A stretch of DNA of 64,000 nt from an uncultured Spirochaetota bacterium (lineage in GTDB: Bacteria; Spirochaetota; Brevinematia; Brevinematales; JAOACQ01): the NCBI GenBank assembly GCA_963835575.1, contig CAWIGG010000002.1:864001-928000 (forward strand). The letters run 5' to 3'. A model generated the notes under the pieces. It did not search any database. It saw only the letters and a program-made list of their open reading frames with translations, and was not told where the DNA came from. Shown one piece after another: positions 41,196-51,800 of this stretch; position 1 is the first letter of the stretch; every line of letters begins with the position of its first letter. The position numbers were made by a program, and so were the translations under genes.

Positions 41196-41238
41196 GAAGA
41201 TTCCCGAGCTCTTCTATTAGAGGGGTTCGGGAATCTTC
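41196..41238 (+). promoter_or_regulatory. 20-bp RNA stem-loop in the rplU 5' leader
   Basis: GAAGATTCCCGAGCTCTTCT-ATT-AGAGGGGTTCGGGAATCTTC; three G-U pairs valid only on the + strand. Confidence 0.65.
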
Positions 41239-41278
41239 ACAACTATAGATTAAGAATTTTAAAATAGGGGAGTTAATT

Positions 41279-41650
41279 ATGTATGCTATAGTAGAAATTG
41301 GAAAAAGGCTTTATAAGATAGAAAAAGGGAGCGAAATACTGGTTGATAGAATTGAGACTAAAGAAGGCGAAAAATTAAAGTTTGACACTGTAACGCTCTA
41401 CAGAAATGATAATGAAATTATGATAGGAAAACCTTATGTGAATGATATCTCAGTTGAAGGAAAAGTTTTAGAAGCTGAGAAAAAAGGCGAAAAATTAGTT
41501 GTTTTTAAGTATAAGCAGAAAGCGAGTTATAGAAGAAAAACGGGTCACCGGCAGAAATATACAAAAATTCAGATTACCGGGATTAAGGTAGAAGAGAAAG
41601 AAAAGAAGTCCAAGACAGAGAAACAGGCGGCTGAAACCAAAGCTGAATAA
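41279..41650 (+). CDS. rplU: 50S ribosomal protein L21
   Basis: MYAIVEIG, VFKYK, KTGHRQKYT. Confidence 0.96.
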   Translation: MYAIVEIGKRLYKIEKGSEILVDRIETKEGEKLKFDTVTLYRNDNEIMIGKPYVNDISVEGKVLEAEKKGEKLVVFKYKQKASYRRKTGHRQKYTKIQITGIKVEEKEKKSKTEKQAAETKAE

Positions 41651-41654
41651 CAAA

Positions 41655-41975
41655 ATGATTTCAGTAAAATTAAAAAAAAGTAAGGAAATTTTAGAAGTTC
41701 ATGCGGAAGGGCATGCTCTTTTTGATAAAAAAGGAAAAGATATTGTTTGCGCTTCTGCTTCTGTTCTTATTGAAAGCTGGTGTTTAAGCGAAAAAGAATT
41801 ATGTCTGGCTGAAATTGAGATCAATAGAAAAAGCGGTCGCTTAGAGGCCGAAGTTCATCATAGTAAAGAAGCGGATGTGTTATTGTTCAAGTCTTTGGCG
41901 CTTAGTTTGTTAACACTTGAGAAACAATATCCGGAAAATATTATAGTAATTGTGGAGGATGATAATGGCAGGTAG
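41655..41975 (+). CDS. prp: Ribosomal-processing cysteine protease Prp (YsxB family)
   Basis: EGHA...[14 protein letters not shown]; lies between rplU and rpmA. Confidence 0.9.
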   Translation: MISVKLKKSKEILEVHAEGHALFDKKGKDIVCASASVLIESWCLSEKELCLAEIEINRKSGRLEAEVHHSKEADVLLFKSLALSLLTLEKQYPENIIVIVEDDNGR

Positions 41976-42207
41976 CAGTACAGCGAAAAATGGCAGAGAT
42001 AGTAATTCTAAGAGATTGGGAGTCAAGAAATTTGAAGGGGAATTAGTGAAAGCCGGAAATATTATTATAAGACAGAGGGGCACTAAATATCATAATGGAA
42101 TAAATACCGGCTTGGGCAAGGATTACACCATATTTGCACTCAAAGCTGGTTATGTGGAGTTTATTGATCAAAGAGGACATAAGACTGTTCAGATCAAAGA
42201 GAAATAA
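41965..42207 (+). CDS. rpmA: 50S ribosomal protein L27
   Basis: [34 protein letters not shown] 6 nt before ATG 41965. Confidence 0.96.
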   Translation: MAGSSTAKNGRDSNSKRLGVKKFEGELVKAGNIIIRQRGTKYHNGINTGLGKDYTIFALKAGYVEFIDQRGHKTVQIKEK

Positions 42208-42221
42208 AAGCGGGGTGCAGT

Positions 42222-42557
42222 ATGAAACGCGCTAAAATGGAATATTTCAAAAAAAAATTAATAAAAATGGAAAACGAAATGCTTGAAAATATTAAAAGCG
42301 AAACAAGTGAAGAGGAAAATCCATTCGAAATAGACGGTGATTTAGTAGATAGGGCGGAAGCATTCAGCTCAGCTACTGTTAATGAAGGCCTTTCAAGTTC
42401 ACAAAAAAAGATAATTGAAGAAATCAGAAGAGCTATACAAAGAATTAAAGATAATAATTATGGAAAATGCACCATTTGCGGTGATGAAATAGAGGAAGAA
42501 AGACTTGAAGTTATTCCTTACGCAGATAAATGTAAAAAACATATGAATAACCGGTAA
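42222..42557 (+). CDS. dksA: DksA/TraR family zinc-finger protein
   Basis: GDLVDRA, YGKCTICG.EI..ERLEVIP...CKKH. Confidence 0.85.
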   Translation: MKRAKMEYFKKKLIKMENEMLENIKSETSEEENPFEIDGDLVDRAEAFSSATVNEGLSSSQKKIIEEIRRAIQRIKDNNYGKCTICGDEIEEERLEVIPYADKCKKHMNNR

Positions 42558-42565
42558 TATATTAT

Positions 42566-42601
42566 AAAAAACCCCGCTCTATGGAAAGAGCGGGGTTTTT
42601 T
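42566..42601 (+). terminator. Rho-independent terminator
   Basis: AAAAAACCCCGCTCT-loop-AGAGCGGGGTTTTTT. Confidence 0.9.
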
Positions 42602-42653
42602 GTGTTTTTATAAGAATTGATTTATTATAATATAAATCTATTATTTCATTGAG

Positions 42654-43679
42654 GTGTATGTTATGAAGCGGTTTTTGTGTGCTAATTTATTAATATTAGC
42701 CTTATTTTTATTTGCCGGGTGTGCAGGTGATATTACTATAAATAAAGATGATATCCTGTTCGAAATAAAAAAAGGCGAAAATATTCAGGTTCTGGCTAAG
42801 AGGTTAAAAAAAGAGAATATTATTAAAAATCCTCTCCGGTTTCAAATTCTGGCAAAACTTATGAGGAAAGGCGGGGAAATGAAATTCGGGATTTATTTAA
42901 TAAATAAAGGCGAAACATATTCAGATCTTATAAAGAAGTTCGCCTCAGGGCAGACATATTCAATAAAAATTACAATTCCGGAAGGAAGTAATATATTTCA
43001 AATCGCTGATATTCTTGCAGAAAAGAATATAGCGACAAATGGAGAATTTATAAAGGAATGCAGTAATAAAATATTTCTCTCTCAATATAATTTACCCTTT
43101 AATTCGACATTAGAAGGTTATCTTTATCCTGATACATATATGATCCCGATAGGCTATCGAAGCGATAAAATTGTACAGATATTTTTAGATCATTTCAGTA
43201 AAATAATCGATCAAAATATCCTCAATCAAATTTATAAAAAAGGCCTGACATTGCAGAAAGTACTTACTATGGCCTCAATTATTGAAAAAGAAGCGAAGAT
43301 GGAATATGAAAAACCTATTATTTCAGGTGTTTACTATAACCGTTTAAAAAAGGGAATGAGGCTTCAGGCGGATCCTACCTTGATTTATGCATTGATCCTG
43401 GCCGGTACATACAATGGGGATATAAGATATAGGGATTTTGAAATTGATTCAAAGTATAATACATATAAACACTATGGCTTACCGCCTTCTCCTATTGCTA
43501 ATCCAGGCAAAACATCCATATTGGCCGCCATTTATCCCGCAGAAGTTGAATACCTTTACTTTGTTGCAAAACCGGATGGTTCCCATTATTTTTCAAAGAC
43601 ACTCTCTGAACATAACAAAGCGGTTTACCAATATCAGAAATTACCTGCTATTGAAAGAAGAAAGAAAAGGAATAATTGA
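42654..43679 (+). CDS. mltG: Endolytic transglycosylase MltG
   Basis: TIPEG, LEGYLYPDTY, ASIIEKE, LQADPT, YNTY..GLPPSPIANPG. Confidence 0.95.
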   Translation: MYVMKRFLCANLLILALFLFAGCAGDITINKDDILFEIKKGENIQVLAKRLKKENIIKNPLRFQILAKLMRKGGEMKFGIYLINKGETYSDLIKKFASGQTYSIKITIPEGSNIFQIADILAEKNIATNGEFIKECSNKIFLSQYNLPFNSTLEGYLYPDTYMIPIGYRSDKIVQIFLDHFSKIIDQNILNQIYKKGLTLQKVLTMASIIEKEAKMEYEKPIISGVYYNRLKKGMRLQADPTLIYALILAGTYNGDIRYRDFEIDSKYNTYKHYGLPPSPIANPGKTSILAAIYPAEVEYLYFVAKPDGSHYFSKTLSEHNKAVYQYQKLPAIERRKKRNN

Positions 43680-43681
43680 AT

Positions 43682-44863
43682 TTATGCGATATATTCCGAG
43701 TTCTGGAGTCTGACAACACTTTGTATAAATTCATCCAGTTTATTTTTATCCTTCCAGTCCATATTGGCTGAAAACCGGATGCCAATTATTTTATAACCTT
43801 CTGCGGTATCCTCATAGATATTGACAAGTGTTGACATGGTTTTAATGACTGTTTCATCAGGAAAATAGAGCTGTAAATAGAGGCGCTTCATCAATCTCAT
43901 GTACTTATAAAAATCTGCTTCTGAAACAATAAATTTAGCGCCGTTAACGCTTATATCGATTATTGATTGCGGCGTTTTTGAAACAATTTCAAATGCGCAT
44001 TTGGTAAATAGATTATCCACAGCATTTATTGCAAGATTATTCAATCTGATAACATTGGGGCGTATTATTAATTCCTTGAGTGAAACAACTTTTATCTGCC
44101 CGATTACTTCTTCTTCAAAAACAAGAGGAACAATTGCTTCGCTCTTGATCTGATTTTTCTGATAAAATTCCTTAATCTTGTCCAGCTGGGATAATATCTC
44201 ATTAAAATTGGAACCTTCTTCGCTGAGAGTTTTGACAAAATCTTCATAAGTGAGAACGGTCTCATCCCGAAGGGACATGTTATTTGTATCAAAAACAACA
44301 AAAGGTTTCTGGAATTTTTTGAGCAGTTTAATTATTGTACTTTTCTCGGTCCCGTCAAAAAGGGAAATTTTCGCAATATCATAGTTTTCTGATCTTACTA
44401 ACGTACTTTCTATTGTATTCATAATAAGATGAATCTTGCGGGAAAGTTCTTCATCCTGAATTGTGGGATCAACGACTTTAACGGAAATGAGAGCGTACAT
44501 TTTTTGAATAAAAGTATTGCCTGCAATTTTTATCCTGACTGTTTTACGTTTTGGATGGGATTTAATCATTTCGGGTACAGAAATGCTTTTTCCTGACATG
44601 GGAACAGCCGTGAAGAGAAATACATTAGCGCCAAGCGTGATTTCCGCTTCAAGAGGCCTCATATTATAGGATTCTAAATTAAGATCAGGTTTATTTGATT
44701 CAACTTTCGAAAACAATATTTGATCACCTTTAATTTCACGGAACCGGACATGAAACTTATTATCTCTATCTGATAAGATTCCTGAAGCCCCGTTAGCGCA
44801 CATTATTGCGATCATCTTCATTATTTCTTTCTCTTCTTTGTATAATTCTTCTGTAATCATCAA
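43682..44863 (-). CDS. DUF1577/PilZ-like domain protein
   Basis: KRKTVR, IIDISVNG, IGIRF motifs; GAF-like middle region. Confidence 0.55.
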   Translation of the reverse strand: MMITEELYKEEKEIMKMIAIMCANGASGILSDRDNKFHVRFREIKGDQILFSKVESNKPDLNLESYNMRPLEAEITLGANVFLFTAVPMSGKSISVPEMIKSHPKRKTVRIKIAGNTFIQKMYALISVKVVDPTIQDEELSRKIHLIMNTIESTLVRSENYDIAKISLFDGTEKSTIIKLLKKFQKPFVVFDTNNMSLRDETVLTYEDFVKTLSEEGSNFNEILSQLDKIKEFYQKNQIKSEAIVPLVFEEEVIGQIKVVSLKELIIRPNVIRLNNLAINAVDNLFTKCAFEIVSKTPQSIIDISVNGAKFIVSEADFYKYMRLMKRLYLQLYFPDETVIKTMSTLVNIYEDTAEGYKIIGIRFSANMDWKDKNKLDEFIQSVVRLQNSEYIA

Positions 44864-44958
44864 ATTCTCTTTATAAAAGATTTATAAAATAGTTATCGGA
44901 ACAATCTAACTCCTTCTTGAGTAAAGCTTTCTGAACAATGGATAATAGAAAAAACAAT

Positions 44959-44987
44959 AAAAAAGGGGCAGAATTTACTGCCCCTTT
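44959..44987 (-). terminator. Rho-independent terminator after hup
   Basis: GGGGCAG/CTGCCCC stem with U-run on the minus strand. Confidence 0.85.
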
Positions 44988-44990
44988 ATT

Positions 44991-45308
44991 TTAGCTGTTC
45001 ATTATTGTTTGCTTCATTTCCCTGCCGGCTTTAAAAAATGGGGATTTTCTTTCCGGTACTTTTACCTCTTCACCTGTTTTGGGATTACGGGCTATACGCG
45101 CCTTTCTTTTTTTAATTCCAAAAGTTCCAAATCCGCGTAATTCTATTCTGTCATTTTGATTTAAATTTTCAATAGATTCTCTCAGCTTATCAATGAATTT
45201 AGCTATTACTACGCCGACTTCTTTTCTTGACATTCCGTATTCTTTTACCTCAGAATCTTCAAAAACAGTATCCACAATATCCGATTTAGTCATCTTGCTT
45301 CTACCCAT
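44991..45308 (-). CDS. hup: HU/IHF (Hbb-like) DNA-binding protein
   Basis: IELRGFGTF, ARNPKTGE, FKAG; GGAGG before ATG 45308. Confidence 0.93.
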   Translation of the reverse strand: MGRSKMTKSDIVDTVFEDSEVKEYGMSRKEVGVVIAKFIDKLRESIENLNQNDRIELRGFGTFGIKKRKARIARNPKTGEEVKVPERKSPFFKAGREMKQTIMNS

Positions 45309-45318
45309 TTTATACCTC

Positions 45319-45603
45319 CTACTTGTTTTCAACTTGTGATTTTTTTGCAAGCATCTTATCAATTCTCGATTTAAGACGGGAAGACTTATTCCTTTTAAAT
45401 ATGCCTTTTGCCCATGCTTTGTCAACCTGGGATTTATAAAAGTTTAAAGCCTGTACTAAATCTTCCTGTTTTGCATTAGAAGATGATAATAAAGAAATCG
45501 TCTTTTTTTGTAAATTCTTCATATAACTTCTTAAAGCTTTATTTCTTTCTCTTCTTTTAGCTTCCTGCCGCACTCTCTTCTTAGCTGATTTGATAATAGG
45601 CAC
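45319..45603 (-). CDS. rpsT: 30S ribosomal protein S20
   Basis: IKSAKKRVRQ, VDKA..KG..KRNKSSRLKSR. Confidence 0.95.
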   Translation of the reverse strand: MPIIKSAKKRVRQEAKRRERNKALRSYMKNLQKKTISLLSSSNAKQEDLVQALNFYKSQVDKAWAKGIFKRNKSSRLKSRIDKMLAKKSQVENK

Positions 45604-45638
45604 TTGACCCTCCTTTTAATCACTCAATAACATTAAAT

Positions 45639-45667
45639 ATTTTATGTTATGTTAACGAATTAGTCAA
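45639..45667 (-). promoter_or_regulatory. Putative sigma70 promoter of rpsT-hup
   Basis: TTGACT-17-TAAAAT. Confidence 0.65.
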
Positions 45668-45754
45668 ATATTTTTTGCTAACTTTTTGTTAAAAAAGGGG
45701 TTCTCTATTATAATCTAATGAGTAACAAATTAAATAATAAACAGAAGGAATTCT

Positions 45755-46768
45755 ATGATAGAAGAAAAAATAACAACAGCTGATTTTCTGAAAGGCGACA
45801 TGGATGATAAACTGAGACCTCAGAATTTTAACGATTTTGTCGGTCAGGACAAAGTAAAAGAAAACATAAAAGTATTTGTCGAGGCAGCGAAAATGAGAAA
45901 TTCCTCTCTTGATCATACGATTTTATACGGACCTCCCGGTCTTGGAAAAACCACACTGGCTAAAATAATAGCAAATGAATTAGGACGGACGATAAAAATG
46001 ATAACAGCGCCCGCTATTGAAAAACAGGGTGATTTAATGGCTATACTGTCGACTTTAGAAGAAGGAGATATCCTCTTTATTGATGAAATTCACCGGTTAA
46101 AAAAGATACTTGAAGAAGTTCTCTATTCTGCGATGGAAGATTTTAAAGTTGATATCATTATCGGAGAGGGAACAGGAGCACGGACCTTAAAAATCACTTT
46201 GCCGCATTTTACATTAATAGGCGCGACGACAAGAATAGGCGCCATCACAGGTCCGCTGCGTTCCAGATTCGGTATAATAGAAAGGCTGGATTATTATGAT
46301 CCGGAAAGCTTAAAGAAAATTGTCACAAGAAGCTCCAGTCTTCTAAATATCAAAATTGACGGCGAAGGTATTGCTGAAATCGCCAGACGTTCGAGAGGCA
46401 CTCCCAGGATTGCCAACAGGCTTTTAAAAAGGGTCAGTGATTTCGCTCTGGTGGAAAAACATAATGTTATCGATAATGAGTTTGCGGATTACGCTTTGAA
46501 GAGGCTTGAAGTCGATAATAAAGGGCTTGACGCAATGGATAGAAAAATTCTAAAGATTATCATAGAAAATTATAAAGGCGGTCCTGTCGGTATTTCAGCG
46601 ATTGCGGCAGCGGTCAGCGAAGAGGTTGATACTATCGAGGATGTTTATGAGCCTTTTCTGATCCAGCAGGGATTTATTAACAGGAGCCCCCGAGGCCGTA
46701 TGGCATCGCGTATCTCTTACGAACATATGGGATATCCGGTTAAAGATAAAGAGCTTAATTTATTTTAA
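45755..46768 (+). CDS. ruvB: Holliday junction helicase RuvB
   Basis: LRPQ..FVGQ, GPPGLGKTT, FIDEIHR, GATTR, RGTPR, YEPFL. Confidence 0.98.
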   Translation: MIEEKITTADFLKGDMDDKLRPQNFNDFVGQDKVKENIKVFVEAAKMRNSSLDHTILYGPPGLGKTTLAKIIANELGRTIKMITAPAIEKQGDLMAILSTLEEGDILFIDEIHRLKKILEEVLYSAMEDFKVDIIIGEGTGARTLKITLPHFTLIGATTRIGAITGPLRSRFGIIERLDYYDPESLKKIVTRSSSLLNIKIDGEGIAEIARRSRGTPRIANRLLKRVSDFALVEKHNVIDNEFADYALKRLEVDNKGLDAMDRKILKIIIENYKGGPVGISAIAAAVSEEVDTIEDVYEPFLIQQGFINRSPRGRMASRISYEHMGYPVKDKELNLF

Positions 46769-46791
46769 GCATGATATGTAATGAATTATAA

Positions 46792-46950
46792 GCGGTTCCA
46801 AATACATAGTGCCAAAATCTGCAGCTCCTCACCATTTTGTAAGGCAACATCGGTGAAGCTCACAAAATAGTGAGAGGCAGTGTCTTTTTATTATCTTTAA
46901 TCTTTATTTCATCGTGGCAGTATCAAAACCCTTGGTTTTTGAAACTGCCC
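46792..46950. repeat. Degenerate copy 2 of the MITE/REP-like element
   Basis: Left GCGGTTCCAAA; internal CTCACCATTTTGT/ACAAAATAGTGAG hairpin; right palindrome GGCAGTATCAAAACC-GGTTTTTGAAACTGCCC. Confidence 0.65.
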
Positions 46951-47907
46951 TTATTTCATTATCTGCTCGATTTCTTTCATTATTGAATCATTCAGTTGAT
47001 TTTTTACTTCTGCGGCCTTTAAATTATCCAGCAGTTGTTCCTTACGGCTGGCCCCTGTTATGACGGTGCTGACGTTCGGGTTTTTCAGGCACCAGGCTAT
47101 GGCAAGCTGAGGGAGGGAGCAGCCGATTTTTTGAGCGAGTTCGCCTAATTTCATCACTTTTTTAATATTAGTTTCTGATAAAAGTTTATTTTCCTTCATC
47201 ATATTTCTCAGCCAATCGACATTTGCGAGCCTGGACCCTTCAGGTATTCCCTGATTATATTTGCCTGTTAAAAAACCCGATGCCAGAGGGCTCCAGACTG
47301 TTGTTCCCATTCCGTATTTTTTATAGAGCGGCTTGAATTCGGTTTCCACCTTTTCCCTGATGAAAAGATTATACTGCGGCTGTTCCATAACCGGTTCCAT
47401 GCAGTTTAATTCTTTCGCTATTTTATGTGCGGATTCAATTTCCTTTGCGCTCCATTCGGAAGTACCCCAATAAATGGCCAGGCCGTTCCTCACAACATAA
47501 TCCATGGCAAGAACTGTTTCTTCGATAGGGGTTTCAGGATCGGGACGGTGGCAGAAAACAAGGTCAACATATTCCATTTTAAACCTTTTTAATGAATTAT
47601 GGATTCCTTCAATGATATGTTTGCGGTTCAGTCCCGTCTGGTTTGGTTTGCTGCCGCCCCAGAATATCTTTGTGGATATGACAAGATCTTCTCTTTTGAA
47701 ATCTTTCAGCGCTTCACCCATGAGGATTTCAGCCTGGCCTTCGGCATAACCTTCCGCGTTATCGAAGAAATTTACGCCGGCTTCATAGGCTGTACGCATG
47801 CATTCTTTGGCATGATCCAGATCGAGCTGGCTGCCGAAAGTGACCCAGGACCCGAATGAAAGCTCGCTTAATTTCAGACCTGATTTCCCTAAATGGTTAT
47901 ACTGCAT
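46951..47907 (-). CDS. Aldo/keto reductase (K+ channel beta-subunit-like)
   Basis: FGSWVT, FDNAEGY, STKIFWG, HRPD, EQPQYN, WSPLASG. Confidence 0.93.
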   Translation of the reverse strand: MQYNHLGKSGLKLSELSFGSWVTFGSQLDLDHAKECMRTAYEAGVNFFDNAEGYAEGQAEILMGEALKDFKREDLVISTKIFWGGSKPNQTGLNRKHIIEGIHNSLKRFKMEYVDLVFCHRPDPETPIEETVLAMDYVVRNGLAIYWGTSEWSAKEIESAHKIAKELNCMEPVMEQPQYNLFIREKVETEFKPLYKKYGMGTTVWSPLASGFLTGKYNQGIPEGSRLANVDWLRNMMKENKLLSETNIKKVMKLGELAQKIGCSLPQLAIAWCLKNPNVSTVITGASRKEQLLDNLKAAEVKNQLNDSIMKEIEQIMK

Positions 47908-47928
47908 AAGATTCTCCTTATCTAAAAT

Positions 47929-48807
47929 TTATAACTCTTTGTTTTTCAAGAAAGTATCATTTTCCAATTCCATAAAAGCCGTTCTTAATTCATCTTCTGT
48001 GTTCATCACTATGGGACCCTGCCAAGCTATTGGTTCATTGATGGGTTTGCCTGAAACCAGAAGAATTCTCAAATTATTTTCTCCAGATGTGATTAAAATC
48101 TCATTACCGTCTTCATAAATAACCGTGTTACCGTTATTTATTGGATTTTTGCCGTCGAAAAGGCCGCTGCCCTCTAAGATATAAGCAAATGCTGTATAAC
48201 CTTTTTTTGTTTTATGATCAAATTCGATTCCTTTTTCAATACTGATATCAAGAAACTCAGGATCAATTTCAATATTTTGAACCGGCCCGGTTATACCATT
48301 TTGTGATCCGCTGATAATCCTGATTTTAACGCCATTATCAATATTAATTTCCGGTATATCTTTTGATTTTATTTCCCTGTATTGAGGATTTGTCATTTTT
48401 TTAGCCGACGGAAGATTCGCCCAGAGCTGTAATCCCCAGAGAAGTCCGTTTTTCCCGCCATTCGGCATTTCCTGATGGATGATCCCGCTGCCGGCCGTCA
48501 TCCATTGCGCGTCCCCGGCTTTAATCACTCCTTTGTTGCCGATACTGTCCGAGTGTTCAATATTTCCTGAAAGCACATACGTGATTGTTTCTATACCCCG
48601 ATGCGGGTGCCATGGAAAGCCTGATTTGTAATCATCGGGATTATTGGAATGAAAAACATCCAGCAGTAAAAAGGGATCAAGAAGCCTGGTTTGATTATAT
48701 CCGAAAGCTCTATTTAAATGAACGCCCGCACCTTCTAAAGTTGGTACGCTTTTTATAATTGAATTTATTTTTCTTATATGCGGCATGATGATAACCTTCT
48801 TTTTCAT
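47929..48807 (-). CDS. Pirin family protein
   Basis: DPFLLLD, FPWHPHRGIETITY, WMTAGSGIIHQE, GPIVMNT. Confidence 0.95.
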   Translation of the reverse strand: MKKKVIIMPHIRKINSIIKSVPTLEGAGVHLNRAFGYNQTRLLDPFLLLDVFHSNNPDDYKSGFPWHPHRGIETITYVLSGNIEHSDSIGNKGVIKAGDAQWMTAGSGIIHQEMPNGGKNGLLWGLQLWANLPSAKKMTNPQYREIKSKDIPEINIDNGVKIRIISGSQNGITGPVQNIEIDPEFLDISIEKGIEFDHKTKKGYTAFAYILEGSGLFDGKNPINNGNTVIYEDGNEILITSGENNLRILLVSGKPINEPIAWQGPIVMNTEDELRTAFMELENDTFLKNKEL

Positions 48808-48890
48808 TATTATATAAAATAGTAAAAAAGGAGGTTCAAATCAAATAATATCTTCATGATTCTCATCAGCGCCATTAATAAATATTATTT

Positions 48891-51800
48891 TTAATACAGC
48901 CAGTATCCTATAATGTTCGGTATCCTGATTATTTCCTGCATCAGGGCATGGGAATATTTTACCCGGTATTTATCGGAAGCATAAATGACATCACATTCTT
49001 TTTCTTCGATAATATGAAAAATAATCCTGATTATGCCCTGTGATGAAGGGTTTTCCGCGATTTTTTTTACGGACTGAAGAGACTGTTTTATCATGTCGAG
49101 CGAATCGATATTTTCAAGACAGATATGCAATTCTGTAAAGCGTTCCTGAGACAGGGATTCAATAGGTTTAATACTCGAAACATCAAATTGAATGCCGTTT
49201 TTCCCTTCTGATACGGCGGTCCGCATCATAATAAAATTATTATCTATAAGATAATTTTTATACTGTTCGTATTTTTCAGAAAAAAGATATAATTTAAAAT
49301 TACTGATACCGTTATCCAGGGACAATATGGCATAATTCTTATTATTTGAAGTGATTTTTACAGCCAGGTTATTGATAAAGCCCCAGAGAAGGATATTTGT
49401 ACCCGGTTTCAGCTTTGAAATCAATTCAAAAGAACAATGAGACAGAGTGCCGTATTCTTTTTTGTGATGCGCAAAGAGTTTTCCGCTGAGATAAAAGCCG
49501 AATAAAGCCACCTCATTTTCAAAATCGTCTTTTAAAGTAAACGGTTTAACATTTTTCTGCATATGGACAGGCTGCAGCCCGTTTTCCGCATTTTCAAACA
49601 GGTTCAGTTTGCCGTCTTTTTTATCCTTGAGATTTTTCCCGACCTGCAGGATATAATTATCCAGATTATATGTCAGTAACGCTTTTTCTTTAAGATAATC
49701 CGCGGGAGAATAAAAACTGTCAAAGCAGCCGGTTTTAATCAGAATCTCAACGGAAGCTTTTTTAAATTCGTCATGTTTAATGATCCGGTGAATAAAATCA
49801 TCAAAAGAGTTAAAATTGCCTCCCATTTCACGTTCTTCAATAATGGCCAGTGATATGCTTTCTCCCAGGCCTTTAATTCCGCCGAATCCGAATATTATGG
49901 AAGGATCTTTTGTGTCCGGTATTTCTTTGAATTCCCAGAAGCTTTGATTAATATCAGGCGGAAGAATCTTGATACCGTTAGCGATGGCTTCCTGGCAGTA
50001 CAGGCGGATATTGTCGGAATTACTCATATTGAGCGTCAGAAGCGAAGATATAAATTCCAGTTTATAATGGGCTTTCAGATAAGCAATCTGGTAGGCGAGT
50101 ATCGCGTAAGCGGCCGAATGGGATTTGTTAAAAGCATAATTCGAAAAGGGGATGAGTATTTCAAATATTTTTTCCGCCAGTTCTTTGGAGAATCCCTGTT
50201 TGAGAGCGCCTTCTATCCATTCGGGGCGGATTTTATCGAGTTCTTCCGGCTTTTTCTTGGCCATCATACGTCTGACGACATCGGCTTTTCCCAGGGAGAA
50301 TCCGGCCAGTGTCTGAGCGATCTGCATTACCTGTTCCTGATAGACTATAACACCGTAAGTGCTTTTCAATATCGGCTCAAGTTTGGGGTGAAAACAGTCT
50401 ATGGCTTCCTTTCCCTGTTTTCTGGCTATAAAGGTGGGTATAAAATCCATCGGTCCGGGCCTGTATAATGCGTTCATGGCTATCAGGTCGTCAAGGGAAG
50501 TCGGCTTAAGCTTTTTTAAATAATCAGTCATACCGGGCGATTCAAATTGGAAAATGCCCATAGTTTCCCCGTGCCAGAATAATTTAAAGACCTCATTGTC
50601 ATCATAAGGAATGTTGGTAATGTCGATTTTAATATTATGGTTTTTCCTTATTTTTAACAGGCAGTCTTTTATCATTGTCAGGTTGGAAAGGCCTAAAATA
50701 TCCATTTTGAGCAGGCCGTTCTTTTCAAGATAATCGCCCTCAAATTGAGTGGAAATGAGACCGCTGGACATATCTTTGTAAAGAGGAACAACATCCGTTA
50801 AAGGGGAGTCTGATATGATCAGGCCGGAAGCATGGGTCCCTATATTCCTGATCGTTCCGTCCAATTTCGCGGAATAACCGATCCATTCCTTTTCACCGGC
50901 GTTTCCGTTTTGATACATTTTTTTAATTTCGGGTATCTTATTAATAACATCCGTTAAAACCTCATTGGCCATTTTATTGTCTATCAGCTTGGTAGTTCTG
51001 TTTACATTTTCCAGAGGGATTTCCATCACTCTCCCCACATCTTTTAAAGAAGCGCGCGATTTCATGACGCCGAAAGTGATTATATCGGCTGTTTTATCAT
51101 ATCCATATTTTGTCCTGATATATTCTTTGACCTCATCCCTCCGGTCATCCTGAAAATCAACGTCAATATCAGGCATGCTGATCCTTTCAGGATTCAGGAA
51201 ACGCTCAAATAGCAGGCCGTATTTAATGGGGTCCACATCAGTGATGGATAGAATATATGAGATCAGCGCACCGGCGGCGGACCCTCTGCCGGGCCCTACC
51301 AGGATGCCTTTATTTTTTGCGTAGCTGACAAAATCAGAAACTATAAGGAAATAATTTGAAAACCCCATTTTTTTAATTAAATCAACTTCCATCTCTAATC
51401 TCTGTCTGTAGACATCCGGGACCTGCTGCTTAAAACGCTTGTTCAAACCATCGCCGCAGAGCCTTTCGAGATAGCTTTCGGCCGTTTCCCCGTCCGGAAG
51501 CGGGAATAGAGGCAGGTGTTTGATAAACCGGATATCAAACGAGCACATTTCGGCTATTTTTTTTGTATTATATAAAGATTCCGGTATTTCTTTAAAGAGG
51601 GTTTCCATTTCTACAGGCGGCTTAAAATAGAATTCTTCATTCTGGAATTTATAGCGATTCGGATCTTTGAGCGTCGTTTTATCACGGATGGCAAAAACGA
51701 TTTCCTGAAGTTTCGCGTCTTCTTTATGAATATAGTGTGAATCATTAGTGGCAATCAATTTTATGCCTGTCTTTTGGGATATTTCGATCATTTTCGCAGT

